Source of the DNA: an archaeon
GTDB taxonomy: Archaea > Nanobdellota > Nanobdellia > SCGC-AAA011-G17 > GW2011-AR20
Assembly (NCBI GenBank): GCA_043808705.1
Contig: JAZDEO010000013.1
Location: 8,081-72,080 of the forward strand
Length of the DNA: 64,000 bases
Direction: 5' to 3'
Shown in pieces: positions 1 to 9,759 of this stretch. The position numbers were made by a program, and so were the translations under genes. The first letter of the stretch is position 1. Each line of letters begins with the position of its first letter. The notes under the pieces are model-generated. The model was not told where the DNA came from. It made no database searches and worked only from the letters and a program-made list of their open reading frames with translations.

Positions 1-18
1 AAGAAAATACACAAAAAC

Positions 19-147
19 TTATCTCTTTTTCTTTTTCTTTTTTCCGCCACGAGCCATCTTTGCTTCGCAAACGTTACCCTTTCCATCTACATAATATAAA
101 TAACCGGGTTTTCTTTTAACTACATTCTTTACAATTATAGATCCCAT
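19..147 (-). CDS. small basic protein (42 aa), hypothetical; Lys-rich C-terminal tail (…MARGGKKKKKKR)
   Basis: Hand-translated ORF (ATG at 145-147, TAA at 19-21), below ORF-track cutoff; MGSIIVKNVVKRKPGYLYYVDGKGNVCEAKMARGGKKKKKKR; no recognisable family. Confidence 0.25.
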   Translation of the reverse strand: MGSIIVKNVVKRKPGYLYYVDGKGNVCEAKMARGGKKKKKKR

Positions 148-274
148 TTTTTAACCTCCTGTTTTTAACTATCGTCGTAAATAGTGTGATTTACTAGTAT
201 ATAAATGTATTGAAACTTCTCGTCAGTAATTTAATAAACTATATTTTTATGACGGGGAATATCATTTATAATAA

Positions 275-646
275 CTAAAAAAACTTTTTTAAGCTACTTT
301 CTTTAATTTTCTCCGAGATAAGCACATATCTCCAGCCAACAACCTCTAATTTTTCCCTCTCATGACAATTAGGACATTGCGTTGGTGCTTTTTCAGATGT
401 ATTTGACATCCACTCCCAATTACATTTTAGGCAATGCATACTATATCTTACTGCTTTTTTCCCAGGTTTTATCATCTTAGGGGCTCTTAATTTTAAGAAT
501 ATATAAATTAAAATTAAGATTAATACAGGCAGAACTAAAGATAACAGAATAATATTCTTAGTTAAAAGCTTAAATGTTAAGAATACAATTACAACTAATA
601 ATGTATACAATAATGCAAAAATTAGATGATCCTTCTTTATTTCCAT
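275..646 (-). CDS. membrane-anchored zinc-ribbon protein (2 N-terminal TM helices, C-terminal CxxC…CxxC)
   Basis: ORF track; hydrophobic N-half, then HCLKCNWEW…CPNCHE zinc-ribbon-like motif. Confidence 0.5.
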   Translation of the reverse strand: MEIKKDHLIFALLYTLLVVIVFLTFKLLTKNIILLSLVLPVLILILIYIFLKLRAPKMIKPGKKAVRYSMHCLKCNWEWMSNTSEKAPTQCPNCHEREKLEVVGWRYVLISEKIKESSLKKFF

Positions 647-742
647 ATAAATATTATAGAAGAAAAATATATAAAGATAATCATAAATTCAAAAACCTAT
701 TACAGGATTAATAAAGTATTAAACTTATCAAAATAGAACACC

Positions 743-1609
743 TCATAATATAATTAGATAAGCACCAAATAACATAACAAGAGTTGCAATGATTTTTTTA
801 GTTAAATTCTTCTCATGAAATAACTCCCCACCAAGCAAAATAACTATTATAACATAAGTTCTTCTGATGGTTTCTACTAATGTTACGTTTTGTATTAAGA
901 TAGCCTGATTCTGTAGCAGTTTTGCAACAAGGATAAAAGTAGCAGCAAAAAAGATTAAGACCCCAGAGGTTTTAAAACCCCTCATAATTCCATTAATTCC
1001 ATCATGTAATAAAAAGATTAGAATTATCATATAAACCATAAAAAAGGTATAACTTATGAAAGTTAAAGTGTAAACATCAACTAATTTTGTACTTAATAAG
1101 TATCTAGCTAATATCAAGGATAAAGCCATCAAAGCTAAAGACAAGAAAACATAATTTATATACTGGCGCTTAAAAATATTAGCAAAAGGTTTTAAAAAAC
1201 CCCCTTTTCTAATTTCTAAAATATAAATTCCTACAATCAACAAAAATATTCCTAACAATTGTAAATAACTTATTGTTTCACCCAAAATTATTACTGCAAA
1301 AAATAAAATAAAAACAGGCAAAAACACCATTAAAGAACTAGCTGAAGATACCTCCATATGTCTTATCGCCTTGGCAGTAAAGAATGTAGATAACCCAAAA
1401 AATAAAGACTCCAGAGCAATTAAAATCCAGATCCTTAAATCAAGATTAAAGTCAACAAGTCTTATGAATATTAAGGATAGTATAAACATAAATATAGACA
1501 GAACACAAGAAAACTCTATTGAATGTTGTTTAATCAGACTCTTCTTTTCAATTATGACAGCTAAAGCAGTAAAAATAGCAGAACCAAAAGCAAACAAGTA
1601 CCACTCCAT
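743..1609 (-). CDS. EamA/DMT-superfamily permease (≈10 TM)
   Basis: 288 aa, entirely hydrophobic helices in two repeated halves typical of drug/metabolite transporter (EamA) proteins. Confidence 0.55.
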   Translation of the reverse strand: MEWYLFAFGSAIFTALAVIIEKKSLIKQHSIEFSCVLSIFMFILSLIFIRLVDFNLDLRIWILIALESLFFGLSTFFTAKAIRHMEVSSASSLMVFLPVFILFFAVIILGETISYLQLLGIFLLIVGIYILEIRKGGFLKPFANIFKRQYINYVFLSLALMALSLILARYLLSTKLVDVYTLTFISYTFFMVYMIILIFLLHDGINGIMRGFKTSGVLIFFAATFILVAKLLQNQAILIQNVTLVETIRRTYVIIVILLGGELFHEKNLTKKIIATLVMLFGAYLIIL

Positions 1610-1684
1610 TAGATTAATAAAATTTTTATTTTATTTAAAGTTTTCCAATACCTTTTTAAATCTAAATTTTTTACAAAGGATAGA

Positions 1685-1772
1685 GGGCTCTTAGCTCAGC
1701 TTGGTAGATTTTATAGCCAAAAGCAACTGACTCTTAATCAGTAGGTCGCGGGTTCAAGTCCCGTAGAGCCCA
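1685..1772 (+). tRNA. tRNA-Lys (anticodon CTT) with putative 14-nt intron in D-arm (≈1709-1722)
   Basis: Acceptor stem GGGCTCT/AGAGCCC, discriminator A. Anticodon stem ACTGA/TCAGT with loop CTCTTAA, so anticodon CTT. T-arm GCGGG-TTCAAGT-CCCGT. D-stem GCTC pairs with GAGC only after removing TTTTATAGCCAAAA. TATA-like TTTAAATCT about 25-30 nt upstream. Confidence 0.8.
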
Positions 1773-1797
1773 TTTAATAATCAAGATTAAATAACTC

Positions 1798-2136
1798 ATG
1801 ATGCAAACCTTAAAGGATTGGATAGATAAACTAAAGAAATCAGAATCCTTAATAATTGTAGAAGGAAAAAAAGACAAAGAAGCCCTAAATAAGTTAGGAA
1901 TTTATAAAGTAGAAACCTTAGATGGAAGACCAATCTATAAATTAGTAGAAGATATTTCTTTAAAAACAAAAAAAGTTATTATCTTAACAGATCTTGATAA
2001 ACAAGGCAAAGTATTCTATCATCAAATAAAACATAATTTACAAAAAAAGAAAATCTTAGTAGAAGACGGTTTCAGATATTTTTTATTTAAAAAAACAAAA
2101 ATCTCGTTTATAGAATCAATCCATAAATTTGTTTGA
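1798..2136 (+). CDS. small Toprim-domain protein (COG1658-like)
   Basis: IIVEGKKDKEAL…VIILTDLDKQG: conserved E and DxD of the Toprim fold, ~110 aa archaeal family. Confidence 0.6.
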   Translation: MMQTLKDWIDKLKKSESLIIVEGKKDKEALNKLGIYKVETLDGRPIYKLVEDISLKTKKVIILTDLDKQGKVFYHQIKHNLQKKKILVEDGFRYFLFKKTKISFIESIHKFV

Positions 2137-3915
2137 TTATTCAACTGTAACAGACTTACTCAAGTTTCTTGGATGGTCTACATCATAACCTTTCAAATCA
2201 GCAATATAATAAGCTAATAATTGTAGAGGTATGACATTAATTATAGGCTCTAGTTCTTCAATAGTTTTAGGCACATATATAACATGATTCACTTTATTCT
2301 TTATTTCATTATCACCCTCATCAGCAATTGCTATTATCTTACCATTTCTAGCTTTTATCTCTTCTATATTACTTAAAATTTTGTAATAAACATCATTTTT
2401 ATTTGCTATTACAACAACAGGCATATCCTCATCTATTAAGGCTATAGGCCCATGTTTCATCTCAGCAGCAGGATAACCCTCTGCATGAATATAAGAGATT
2501 TCTTTTAATTTTAAAGCACCCTCTAAAGCAACAGGAAAATTTATCCCCCTACCTAAGAACAAAAAATTGTTTCTTTTATAATAAACATCTGCAATTTCTT
2601 TTATATTATTCTTATTTAAAATATCTTTAACAATATTAGGAATTTTTTGTATTTCTTCAATTATCCTATTATCTTTTTTAAAATACAAACTTAGAATATT
2701 TAAGGCAATTACTTGGCTTGTAAAAGCCTTTGTACTAGCAACCCCTATCTCAGGTCCAGCATGAAGATATATTCCCTGTCCAGATTCTCGGGCAATACTA
2801 CTCCCTACAACATTAACAATTCCTATTGTTTTAGCCCCCTTCTTCTTAGCCTCTCTCAAGGCAGCTAATGTATCTGCAGTTTCTCCAGATTGGCTAATTA
2901 CAATAACCAAATCATTCTCGTTTATTATTGGATTTCTGTATCTAAACTCAGAGGCGTAATCGACTTCAACAGGAATTTTACAATTCTTTTCTATAATATA
3001 TTTTCCTATTAAAGCAGCATGCCAAGAAGTTCCACAAGCAGTAATAATAATCCTTTTTAATTTAGTTATAAAATCTTTATCGAGATTAATACTTATTTTT
3101 ATTTCATCATCTTTAATTCTACCCCTTATAGTATTCATAATACTCTCAGGTTGTTCATTAATCTCTTTTAACATAAAATGTTTAAAACCTTTTTTTTCAA
3201 TTTCTTCTAAATTCCATTCTATTCTTTCAATATGCCTACAATTTATATTTGCATCTTTAAGATTAGATAATGAATAGCTATCAAAATTAATTTCTAAAAC
3301 ATCATAATCTTCTAAATAAATAACATCCTTAGTATACGATATAATACTAGAAACATCAGACGATATAAAATACCCTTTATCATTTATGCCTAATATCAAA
3401 GGACTTCCTTTTCTTGCAGCAATAATCTTATCTCCATTCTTATTTATAACTAACAAACCATAAGTTCCATCAACTTTTACTAAAGCTCTTTTAACAGCAG
3501 TTACTAAATCCCCCTCATAAAACTCTTCTATCAAATGAGCCAAAACTTCAGAATCAGTATAACTCTTAAATACATGTCCTTTGTTTATCAAAACCCCTTT
3601 TAAAACATCAAAATTTTCTATAATTCCGTTATGAACAATTGAAATATTATTCTCACAATCATTATGCGGATGAGCATTTATATCAGAAGGAACACCATGA
3701 GTACTCCATCTAGTATGACCTATACCTATATTTGAATATAATTCAGGAACATTAAAACCATCTATCTTACCTTTCTTCTTGAAGGTTTTAATTTCATTAT
3801 TAATTATTACTGAAATTCCAACACTGTCATAACCTCTATACTCTAATCTTTTTAGTCCATTCATTAATATAGGAACACAATTCTCTTTTCCAATATAACC
3901 AATAATTCCACACAT
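2137..3915 (-). CDS. glmS: glutamine--fructose-6-phosphate aminotransferase (isomerising)
   Basis: N-terminal MCGIIGY (Ntn Cys), two SIS domains, C-terminal …SKSVTVE; 592 aa. Confidence 0.95.
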   Translation of the reverse strand: MCGIIGYIGKENCVPILMNGLKRLEYRGYDSVGISVIINNEIKTFKKKGKIDGFNVPELYSNIGIGHTRWSTHGVPSDINAHPHNDCENNISIVHNGIIENFDVLKGVLINKGHVFKSYTDSEVLAHLIEEFYEGDLVTAVKRALVKVDGTYGLLVINKNGDKIIAARKGSPLILGINDKGYFISSDVSSIISYTKDVIYLEDYDVLEINFDSYSLSNLKDANINCRHIERIEWNLEEIEKKGFKHFMLKEINEQPESIMNTIRGRIKDDEIKISINLDKDFITKLKRIIITACGTSWHAALIGKYIIEKNCKIPVEVDYASEFRYRNPIINENDLVIVISQSGETADTLAALREAKKKGAKTIGIVNVVGSSIARESGQGIYLHAGPEIGVASTKAFTSQVIALNILSLYFKKDNRIIEEIQKIPNIVKDILNKNNIKEIADVYYKRNNFLFLGRGINFPVALEGALKLKEISYIHAEGYPAAEMKHGPIALIDEDMPVVVIANKNDVYYKILSNIEEIKARNGKIIAIADEGDNEIKNKVNHVIYVPKTIEELEPIINVIPLQLLAYYIADLKGYDVDHPRNLSKSVTVE

Positions 3916-3960
3916 AAAAATAAGGAATGATAAAAGTATTTAAATTTGTATCTAATGTAC

Positions 3961-5061
3961 TTAATAAATCTCATTAACAAATAATTTAGGATCTAGATTA
4001 GAGAGCATATTACTAATAATTTTTTCATCTTTAAACATCTCACTAACAGATAATCCATTAGTGTCTCTATAAATAAATTCAGCAACAATAGGGGAAACAC
4101 TTAAAATACAGATCAACCAATCTTTATTTTTTTCTAAATATTCTAGATCTCTGCCTGTTGTGTCAGTGGTTATAGCCTTTAGATTAACTCTCCTCATTCT
4201 ATCTTCAGCCTTAACACCTCTTTTTTCACTAGCCAAACAATGCGTAAAAAAACCATAAATTTCACTTACGCCATAATTATCTCTTAATATTGAAGCATTC
4301 TCTTCTAAAGTTCCTCCACTGTCAAAAATGTCATCAATAATAAGAGCTATCTTCCCGTTTATATCAGATCCTCTTATTTTATTAACATTTGATTTTCCAC
4401 CATCATCAAACATTGTTCTATTTTTGTCAGCATAAGCAATATCACATCCAAGTAAATCAGCAAACCTCTTAGCAGTTTTACTGCTACCTTGATCAGGGGC
4501 AACAACAACCAATTTTTCTCTAAAAATATTTTTTTTATAAAAATCCTTAAATAAAACATTCTTGATATACCAAACAAATAAAGGCATAGCATCTAAATTA
4601 TCTACAGATACATCAAAAAAACCCATTTGTTGAGCAGAATGCATATTTATGCTAGAAAATCCATTATATTTTCTACCTCCAGCCTTATCAAGCAAATCAG
4701 CTATCATTTTAGCATTAATTGCAACCCTTCCATCTTTCTTAGTATCCTGTCTTCCATCAAGAAAACTAACAAAAAACCTAAAATCATCACACTCACATCT
4801 CTTTAATGCATCCGCTGTCAATAATAAATCCCAATTACATTTTATTGGTTCATTGATAATGTAAGATTGAATAACAAACACACTATTTTTCCTTACATTT
4901 TGGCCCACTTGAACATATCTATTTCCATCGGGAAAACTTTTACACTCAATCTTTTCTAATGAAAAATCTATATCTTTATTTTTTAATATAGAAGAAACCC
5001 TTTCAGCAAAATCATAACTATACTCATTTGCTAATAAAACCACATCTTTTACATGATTCAT
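3961..5061 (-). CDS. prs: ribose-phosphate pyrophosphokinase (PRPP synthetase), long form with ~50 aa extra
   Basis: FPDGNRYVQV…VFVIQS, HSAQQMGFFDVSVDNL, VVVAPDQGS, IALIIDDIFDSGGTL; aligns along its length to class I Prs. Confidence 0.85.
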   Translation of the reverse strand: MNHVKDVVLLANEYSYDFAERVSSILKNKDIDFSLEKIECKSFPDGNRYVQVGQNVRKNSVFVIQSYIINEPIKCNWDLLLTADALKRCECDDFRFFVSFLDGRQDTKKDGRVAINAKMIADLLDKAGGRKYNGFSSINMHSAQQMGFFDVSVDNLDAMPLFVWYIKNVLFKDFYKKNIFREKLVVVAPDQGSSKTAKRFADLLGCDIAYADKNRTMFDDGGKSNVNKIRGSDINGKIALIIDDIFDSGGTLEENASILRDNYGVSEIYGFFTHCLASEKRGVKAEDRMRRVNLKAITTDTTGRDLEYLEKNKDWLICILSVSPIVAEFIYRDTNGLSVSEMFKDEKIISNMLSNLDPKLFVNEIY

Positions 5062-5118
5062 AAAAATAAATAAAAATTTAAAACTTTTAAAGCTTTACCT
5101 AGTGTAATATATTCATCA

Positions 5119-5394
5119 CTATAGTAAATCTTTTATCTTGTCAATATGCTCAGCAACCTTATTTCCAGTGTCTGTTAAAGCAATTGTTTTTATTCTTCCA
5201 TGCTTTTCAAAAACAACAAGCTTTGCTTTTTCCATTTCTTGCAATATCTTTACAGCATGAGAATAAGTACAATCAACTTCTTTTGCCAAAACACTTCCAT
5301 ATCTGTTTTTGCCACCCTTTCTTAGAGCTACTAAAATCATTGCTGGTTTCTTTCTAAAAAAAACTTCAAATATACCTGCTTTAGTTTTATCCAA
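5119..5394 (-). CDS. winged-helix DNA-binding protein (transcriptional regulator-like)
   Basis: 91 aa; helix-turn-helix plus wing pattern (SVLAKEVDCTYSHAVKILQEMEKAKLVVFEKHGRIKTIALT). Confidence 0.45.
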   Translation of the reverse strand: MDKTKAGIFEVFFRKKPAMILVALRKGGKNRYGSVLAKEVDCTYSHAVKILQEMEKAKLVVFEKHGRIKTIALTDTGNKVAEHIDKIKDLL

Positions 5395-5545
5395 TTTAAT
5401 AACCCCCTAATATTTTGACACCAATAATTTATCCATGATAATCAATAACTATTTAAATGTTTCTTTTTGAATATATATATTAAACAAAATACTTTTAAAT
5501 CTTACTATTTTTATTTTTTTAAAGAATTTTTAATGCTTATAAGGT

Positions 5546-7597
5546 CTATTGGCTGTTCTTCTCTAATTTTAATAAAGCATCCCACTCTTTATCAACATGT
5601 TCCTGTACTTTATCAAGAATCTTTTTATTTTCATCTTTTAGGAGATGTTTAAATCTTCCTTGAAGTTTTAAAAATTCAATTATAGGTAGTCTATTTTCAT
5701 TCTTATAATTTATAGTATATTTATTATTTTCAACCTCATATAAAGGCCAGAAATTAGTCTTAACAGCCAATTCAGCTATTTTAACAGCTAAATTTGTATC
5801 AAATCTCCATCCTAAAGTACAAGGTTGTAATACATTTATGAATGCAGGACCATTAGCATTAAAGGCCTTCTCAGCTTTATTATAGAGATCTATTAAATTA
5901 TTTAAAGAAGCTTGAGCAACATAAGGAATATTATGAGCAACAACAATTTTAGTTATATCTTTTCTAAATTTCTCTTTGCCTTGATGGAACTTTCCTACTG
6001 TTTCTGTTGTAGTATCAGCTCCAAAAGATGTTGCAGAACTTCTTTGAACTCCCGTATTATGAACTATAATCCCATTAGCAATAAAGTTATGTTCACCCTC
6101 AACTCTTAAATCTAATGTTGGTTCAACGCCTAACTGTTTAATATTTCTTACTTTTTCTATACTAAAATATTTATTTTCTATTAAGAAATTTTTGTATTTA
6201 TACTGATTTTTATATTTTTTAGTGTTCCATATTCCAAGTTTACTAAAGCACATATACCAATATTGTGTATCTTTTAATAATTTTCTATAAACCACAACTT
6301 TACCTTTTTTTATTTTTATATTATGTAATTTTCCAACTCTATAATTCATAGTTTGTAATAATAATCTTAATCTTTTAACTAGATCATAACTTGAAGAGGG
6401 ATATCTCCAACTTTCACCCATTTTATATCCATCAGATAACATTAACCCCTCTAAAAATTCTTCTTTTTCTTTCTTAGTTAATGTAAATATCCATGAAGGT
6501 ATTGTTTTATTTTTAGAACCTTTACCTAAACCCAGAGAATCAATGAACTTTACAACATTAATAGATCTTATATACACCTCATTCTTTGATTCTACCGGTT
6601 TAATTTTAAATACCTTCTTTATAAGATTGATTAGTACCTTTCTAGCTTTATCTTTTTCAGGTATAGCAAAAGCAACTTCTGCTTTTTCTGTTCTAGTCCA
6701 ACCATCACCTACCCACAAACCCAATAATTTCATTAAATCTTCATTTGATTTTTTAGGTATTTTTACTTTGTTAATTTTATTTACTTTATAATCACCTTTC
6801 TTAGAAATATTTATTGGTTCAAAAACGTATTTTTTACCTTCTTTCAAATCTTTTTGAACAACTAAATCATCCCCCATCTTAATATTCTCTAATCTTTTCC
6901 AAATAAACTCATTAGTATTACTACGTCCATTATGTTTTAAAACTAAAAAGGGATGATTTCCTGTAGCCTTAATATCGTGATGTAAGGTTGATAAACTATA
7001 AACTCTTTTTTTTCCATTATCAAAAACACCATCACATTTTTTTAAAACTAAATCATAATTTTTTTGATCAAAAGCATATACCATTTCACCTTTCTTTATT
7101 TCAGTTATTAATTTTAATCCTTTTTCAGTCAAAATTAGACTGTCCAAAGTTAAACAGTTCATATAAGCTTCATTATTATACAAAACATAAACAAATTTAT
7201 GTCCTCTTTCTAAAGCACCACTTAATGCCTGTAACCCAATATCATATGTGCCACCATCACCACCAAACGCAACAAAATTAATATCTTTTTTTATCTTATT
7301 TTTTTTCTTTAACACATTAAAAGCAGTTTCAACACCAGATATAGTTGAAGCTGCATTTTCAAATGCATTATGTATCCAAGGAACATTCCAGGAACTAAAA
7401 GGATATATGCTAGATGTAACCTCCAAGCACCCAGTAGCACAAGAAACAACAACAGGTTTTTTAGAAGTACTTAAAACAGTTCTAACTATTTGAGGAATAC
7501 CACAACCACTACATGTTCTATGACCAGAAACAAACTTTTTATTTACACTCTGATCATTTGCTAGTTCAATTATATTCATTTTAATTCTTAATATCAA
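5546..7597 (-). CDS. porB: pyruvate:ferredoxin oxidoreductase beta subunit (TPP-binding) interrupted by an intein
   Basis: Exteins: CSGCG…, [10 protein letters not shown], …NNEAYMN|TGVQRSS… (conserved Y-M-N-T-G motif is split). Spliced extein 316 aa, consistent with typical PorB size. Confidence 0.9.
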   Translation of the reverse strand: MILRIKMNIIELANDQSVNKKFVSGHRTCSGCGIPQIVRTVLSTSKKPVVVSCATGCLEVTSSIYPFSSWNVPWIHNAFENAASTISGVETAFNVLKKKNKIKKDINFVAFGGDGGTYDIGLQALSGALERGHKFVYVLYNNEAYMNCLTLDSLILTEKGLKLITEIKKGEMVYAFDQKNYDLVLKKCDGVFDNGKKRVYSLSTLHHDIKATGNHPFLVLKHNGRSNTNEFIWKRLENIKMGDDLVVQKDLKEGKKYVFEPINISKKGDYKVNKINKVKIPKKSNEDLMKLLGLWVGDGWTRTEKAEVAFAIPEKDKARKVLINLIKKVFKIKPVESKNEVYIRSINVVKFIDSLGLGKGSKNKTIPSWIFTLTKKEKEEFLEGLMLSDGYKMGESWRYPSSSYDLVKRLRLLLQTMNYRVGKLHNIKIKKGKVVVYRKLLKDTQYWYMCFSKLGIWNTKKYKNQYKYKNFLIENKYFSIEKVRNIKQLGVEPTLDLRVEGEHNFIANGIIVHNTGVQRSSATSFGADTTTETVGKFHQGKEKFRKDITKIVVAHNIPYVAQASLNNLIDLYNKAEKAFNANGPAFINVLQPCTLGWRFDTNLAVKIAELAVKTNFWPLYEVENNKYTINYKNENRLPIIEFLKLQGRFKHLLKDENKKILDKVQEHVDKEWDALLKLEKNSQ
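6056..7156 (-). mobile_element. intein (367 aa) with LAGLIDADG homing-endonuclease domain inside porB
   Basis: Starts CLTLDS (block A), ends …GIIVHN followed by +1 Thr; internal [10 protein letters not shown] and [20 protein letters not shown] blocks; in-frame. Confidence 0.85.
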
Positions 7598-7600
7598 ATT

Positions 7601-8764
7601 TTAATCTGATTTCTCCCTTAAACCAATATATCTATTTTTTATTTTATCTGTTAATAATTCATTAAAAATATTTTTAATATTCTCTTCATGAACCTCTCTT
7701 CCACCAAGTCCATATATGTAACTATGTACTTTTGATTTCTTAAAATCATAAAGACTGTTTTTTATTTCACTATACAAAGGAGCATTAGCACCATATGATT
7801 CACTTCTATCCAAAACAGCAATATTCTTTAAATGTTTTAATACATTTCCTATTTCTTTATATGGAAAAGGCCTAAATAAATGTAATTTTAATAATCCGAC
7901 TTTTTTTCCATCCTTTCTCAAATCATCTATAACCTCTTTAACTGTTCCAGCAGTAGAATTTAGAACAATAATAGCTACATCAGCATCATTTAATTTATAA
8001 GATTCAAAATATCCATATTTTCTTTTAGTTATCTTGCTTAATTCTTTACAGATCTTTAAAAATTCTGTTTTAGATTTTTCAATAGAATCACTTAATTGTC
8101 TTCTTGTTTCAAAATAATAATCAAATAATTGTAAAGGTCCTATTGTTATAGGATTATCTACATCCAATAAACTATTCTCAATCTTCTTTTCACCAACAAA
8201 TCTTTTAACAATATTATCATTTAATAAATATATATTCTGCATACAATGGCTTGTTATAAAACCATCCTGCATAACCATAACAGGCAATTTTACTCTTTCA
8301 CTAAGTCTCATAGCTATTAAGTTAAACTCATATACCTCTTGGGCATCTTCACAGTAAATCTGAATCCATCCAGAATCTCTACAACCCATACTATCACTAT
8401 GATCACAATGTATGTTTAAAGGCCCTGATAAAGCCCTATTCGCTATGTTCATTACAATAGGTAATCTTAAACCAGAAGCTATAGGCAATAATTCCCACAT
8501 ATAAGCTAATCCAACAGAGCTTGTGGCAGTCATCACTCTAGCACCTGAAGCACTAGCACCTATACAAGCACTCATAGCACTATGTTCTGATTCAACTCTA
8601 ATCATTTCTCCATCTACTAAACCATCAGCTACAAATTTAGCATAATTTTCCACAATCTCTGTTTGAGGAGTAATAGGATAAGCAGCAACAACATCTAAAT
8701 TCATCTGTCTCATAGCTTCAGAAGCTGCTCCAGCACCATCTAAACCTTTTATCATTTTTATCAT
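7601..8764 (-). CDS. porA: pyruvate:ferredoxin oxidoreductase alpha subunit
   Basis: AAYPITPQTEIVE…; 387 aa; immediately upstream of porB. Confidence 0.9.
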   Translation of the reverse strand: MIKMIKGLDGAGAASEAMRQMNLDVVAAYPITPQTEIVENYAKFVADGLVDGEMIRVESEHSAMSACIGASASGARVMTATSSVGLAYMWELLPIASGLRLPIVMNIANRALSGPLNIHCDHSDSMGCRDSGWIQIYCEDAQEVYEFNLIAMRLSERVKLPVMVMQDGFITSHCMQNIYLLNDNIVKRFVGEKKIENSLLDVDNPITIGPLQLFDYYFETRRQLSDSIEKSKTEFLKICKELSKITKRKYGYFESYKLNDADVAIIVLNSTAGTVKEVIDDLRKDGKKVGLLKLHLFRPFPYKEIGNVLKHLKNIAVLDRSESYGANAPLYSEIKNSLYDFKKSKVHSYIYGLGGREVHEENIKNIFNELLTDKIKNRYIGLREKSD

Positions 8765-8776
8765 CTTATTTTGAGA

Positions 8777-9052
8777 TTATTTCTCTCCCTCCCTTTTGGC
8801 ACTTAAAGCCTTTACAGGGCAAACCTCAACACAAATCAAACACCCCTTGCAATAATCTAAGTTAGTTTCTAATCTCTTATTATTTTTTATAGGAATACAA
8901 TTATCAGGACAATAGATAACACATTTCATGCAATTAATACATTTCTTTGTATCTAAAACAGGTCTTAAAGATCTCCAAGATCCAGTTTTATAGTTCAAAC
9001 TAGATGCCTTTTCAGTTATACCACCAATCTTTATATCCTTCCACGATTTCAT
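8777..9052 (-). CDS. porD: pyruvate:ferredoxin oxidoreductase delta subunit (2x[4Fe-4S] ferredoxin)
   Basis: CINCMKCVIYCP…CKGCLICVEVCP. Confidence 0.85.
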   Translation of the reverse strand: MKSWKDIKIGGITEKASSLNYKTGSWRSLRPVLDTKKCINCMKCVIYCPDNCIPIKNNKRLETNLDYCKGCLICVEVCPVKALSAKREGEK

Positions 9053-9080
9053 CTTAATCTTTAAAATATTTCAAATTATT

Positions 9081-9110
9081 TTACGCTATTTTACGCTATT
9101 TTACGCTATT
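9081..9110. repeat. 3 x 10-bp perfect tandem repeat (TTACGCTATT) spanning porG stop codon and 3' flank
   Basis: Seen directly: ttacgctatt ttacgctatt ttacgctatt at 9081-9110; first copies encode the C-terminal NSVK-stop of PorG. Confidence 0.9.
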
Positions 9111-9677
9111 ATATCCCTCTTCAAAAGCCTTAATATTGGCTTCAGTCTTTTCTTTTCCTAATTTTTCTAAAAAATGTTCTTTAACAATTTGGATCATAGT
9201 TTCTTTTTTTACAACATTCTTTATTTTTAATAAAGCCCCTAACATAATTATATTTGGAACATCTCTTCCTAAATTTCTTAAAGCAATATCAGTTGCATTA
9301 ACACTATAACTTTCATACTCGGGTCTTATTTTATATAATTCACAATTCTTATCTCTACATATATGGCATTCACTCTTGCAGTTTGCAATTATTACACATT
9401 TATCATGTAATGTTTTTCTAATATCAGCCTCATTTATTAAAGAAGAGTCAATAATCACAACAATTTCTGCATGTTTTATAGGAGCATAAGATTTTATCTT
9501 TCTATCAGCTATTTTCACATATGTTTTAACAGGTGCCCCAGCCCTTTCAGGCCCATATTCAGGAAACGCCTGTATATATTTTCCCTCTTTTAAAGCAGCT
9601 AAAGCTAACAAATGAGCAGCAGTCTTAGCACCATGACCACCCCTTCCATGTATCCTTATTTCTAGAATATCCTTCAT
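9096..9677 (-). CDS. porG: pyruvate:ferredoxin oxidoreductase gamma subunit
   Basis: IRIHGRGGHGAKTAAHLLALAA… ; classic porGDAB order. Confidence 0.85.
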   Translation of the reverse strand: MKDILEIRIHGRGGHGAKTAAHLLALAALKEGKYIQAFPEYGPERAGAPVKTYVKIADRKIKSYAPIKHAEIVVIIDSSLINEADIRKTLHDKCVIIANCKSECHICRDKNCELYKIRPEYESYSVNATDIALRNLGRDVPNIIMLGALLKIKNVVKKETMIQIVKEHFLEKLGKEKTEANIKAFEEGYNSVK

Positions 9678-9759
9678 TTTATCTTTTTAATAAAAAGAAA
9701 TTAGTTATTTATAAACTTAACCATAACCTTTAAATAAAAACAATTATTATTAATAAAAC

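Noticed and set aside
1371-1694. 107-aa plus-strand ORF running from inside the EamA gene into the tRNA
   Set aside because: Overlaps a strongly supported membrane-protein gene on the opposite strand and reads into the tRNA; no protein-like features.
4374-4864. Short ORFs 4374..4592(-) and 4649..4864(+) inside prs
   Set aside because: Lie within or antisense to the well-supported prs gene; low-complexity translations typical of shadow ORFs in AT-rich DNA.
5912-7493. Plus-strand ORFs 5912..6109, 6543..6791, 6988..7281, 7248..7493 overlapping porB
   Set aside because: Antisense shadows of the porB/intein coding region; His/Phe/Leu-rich nonsense translations.
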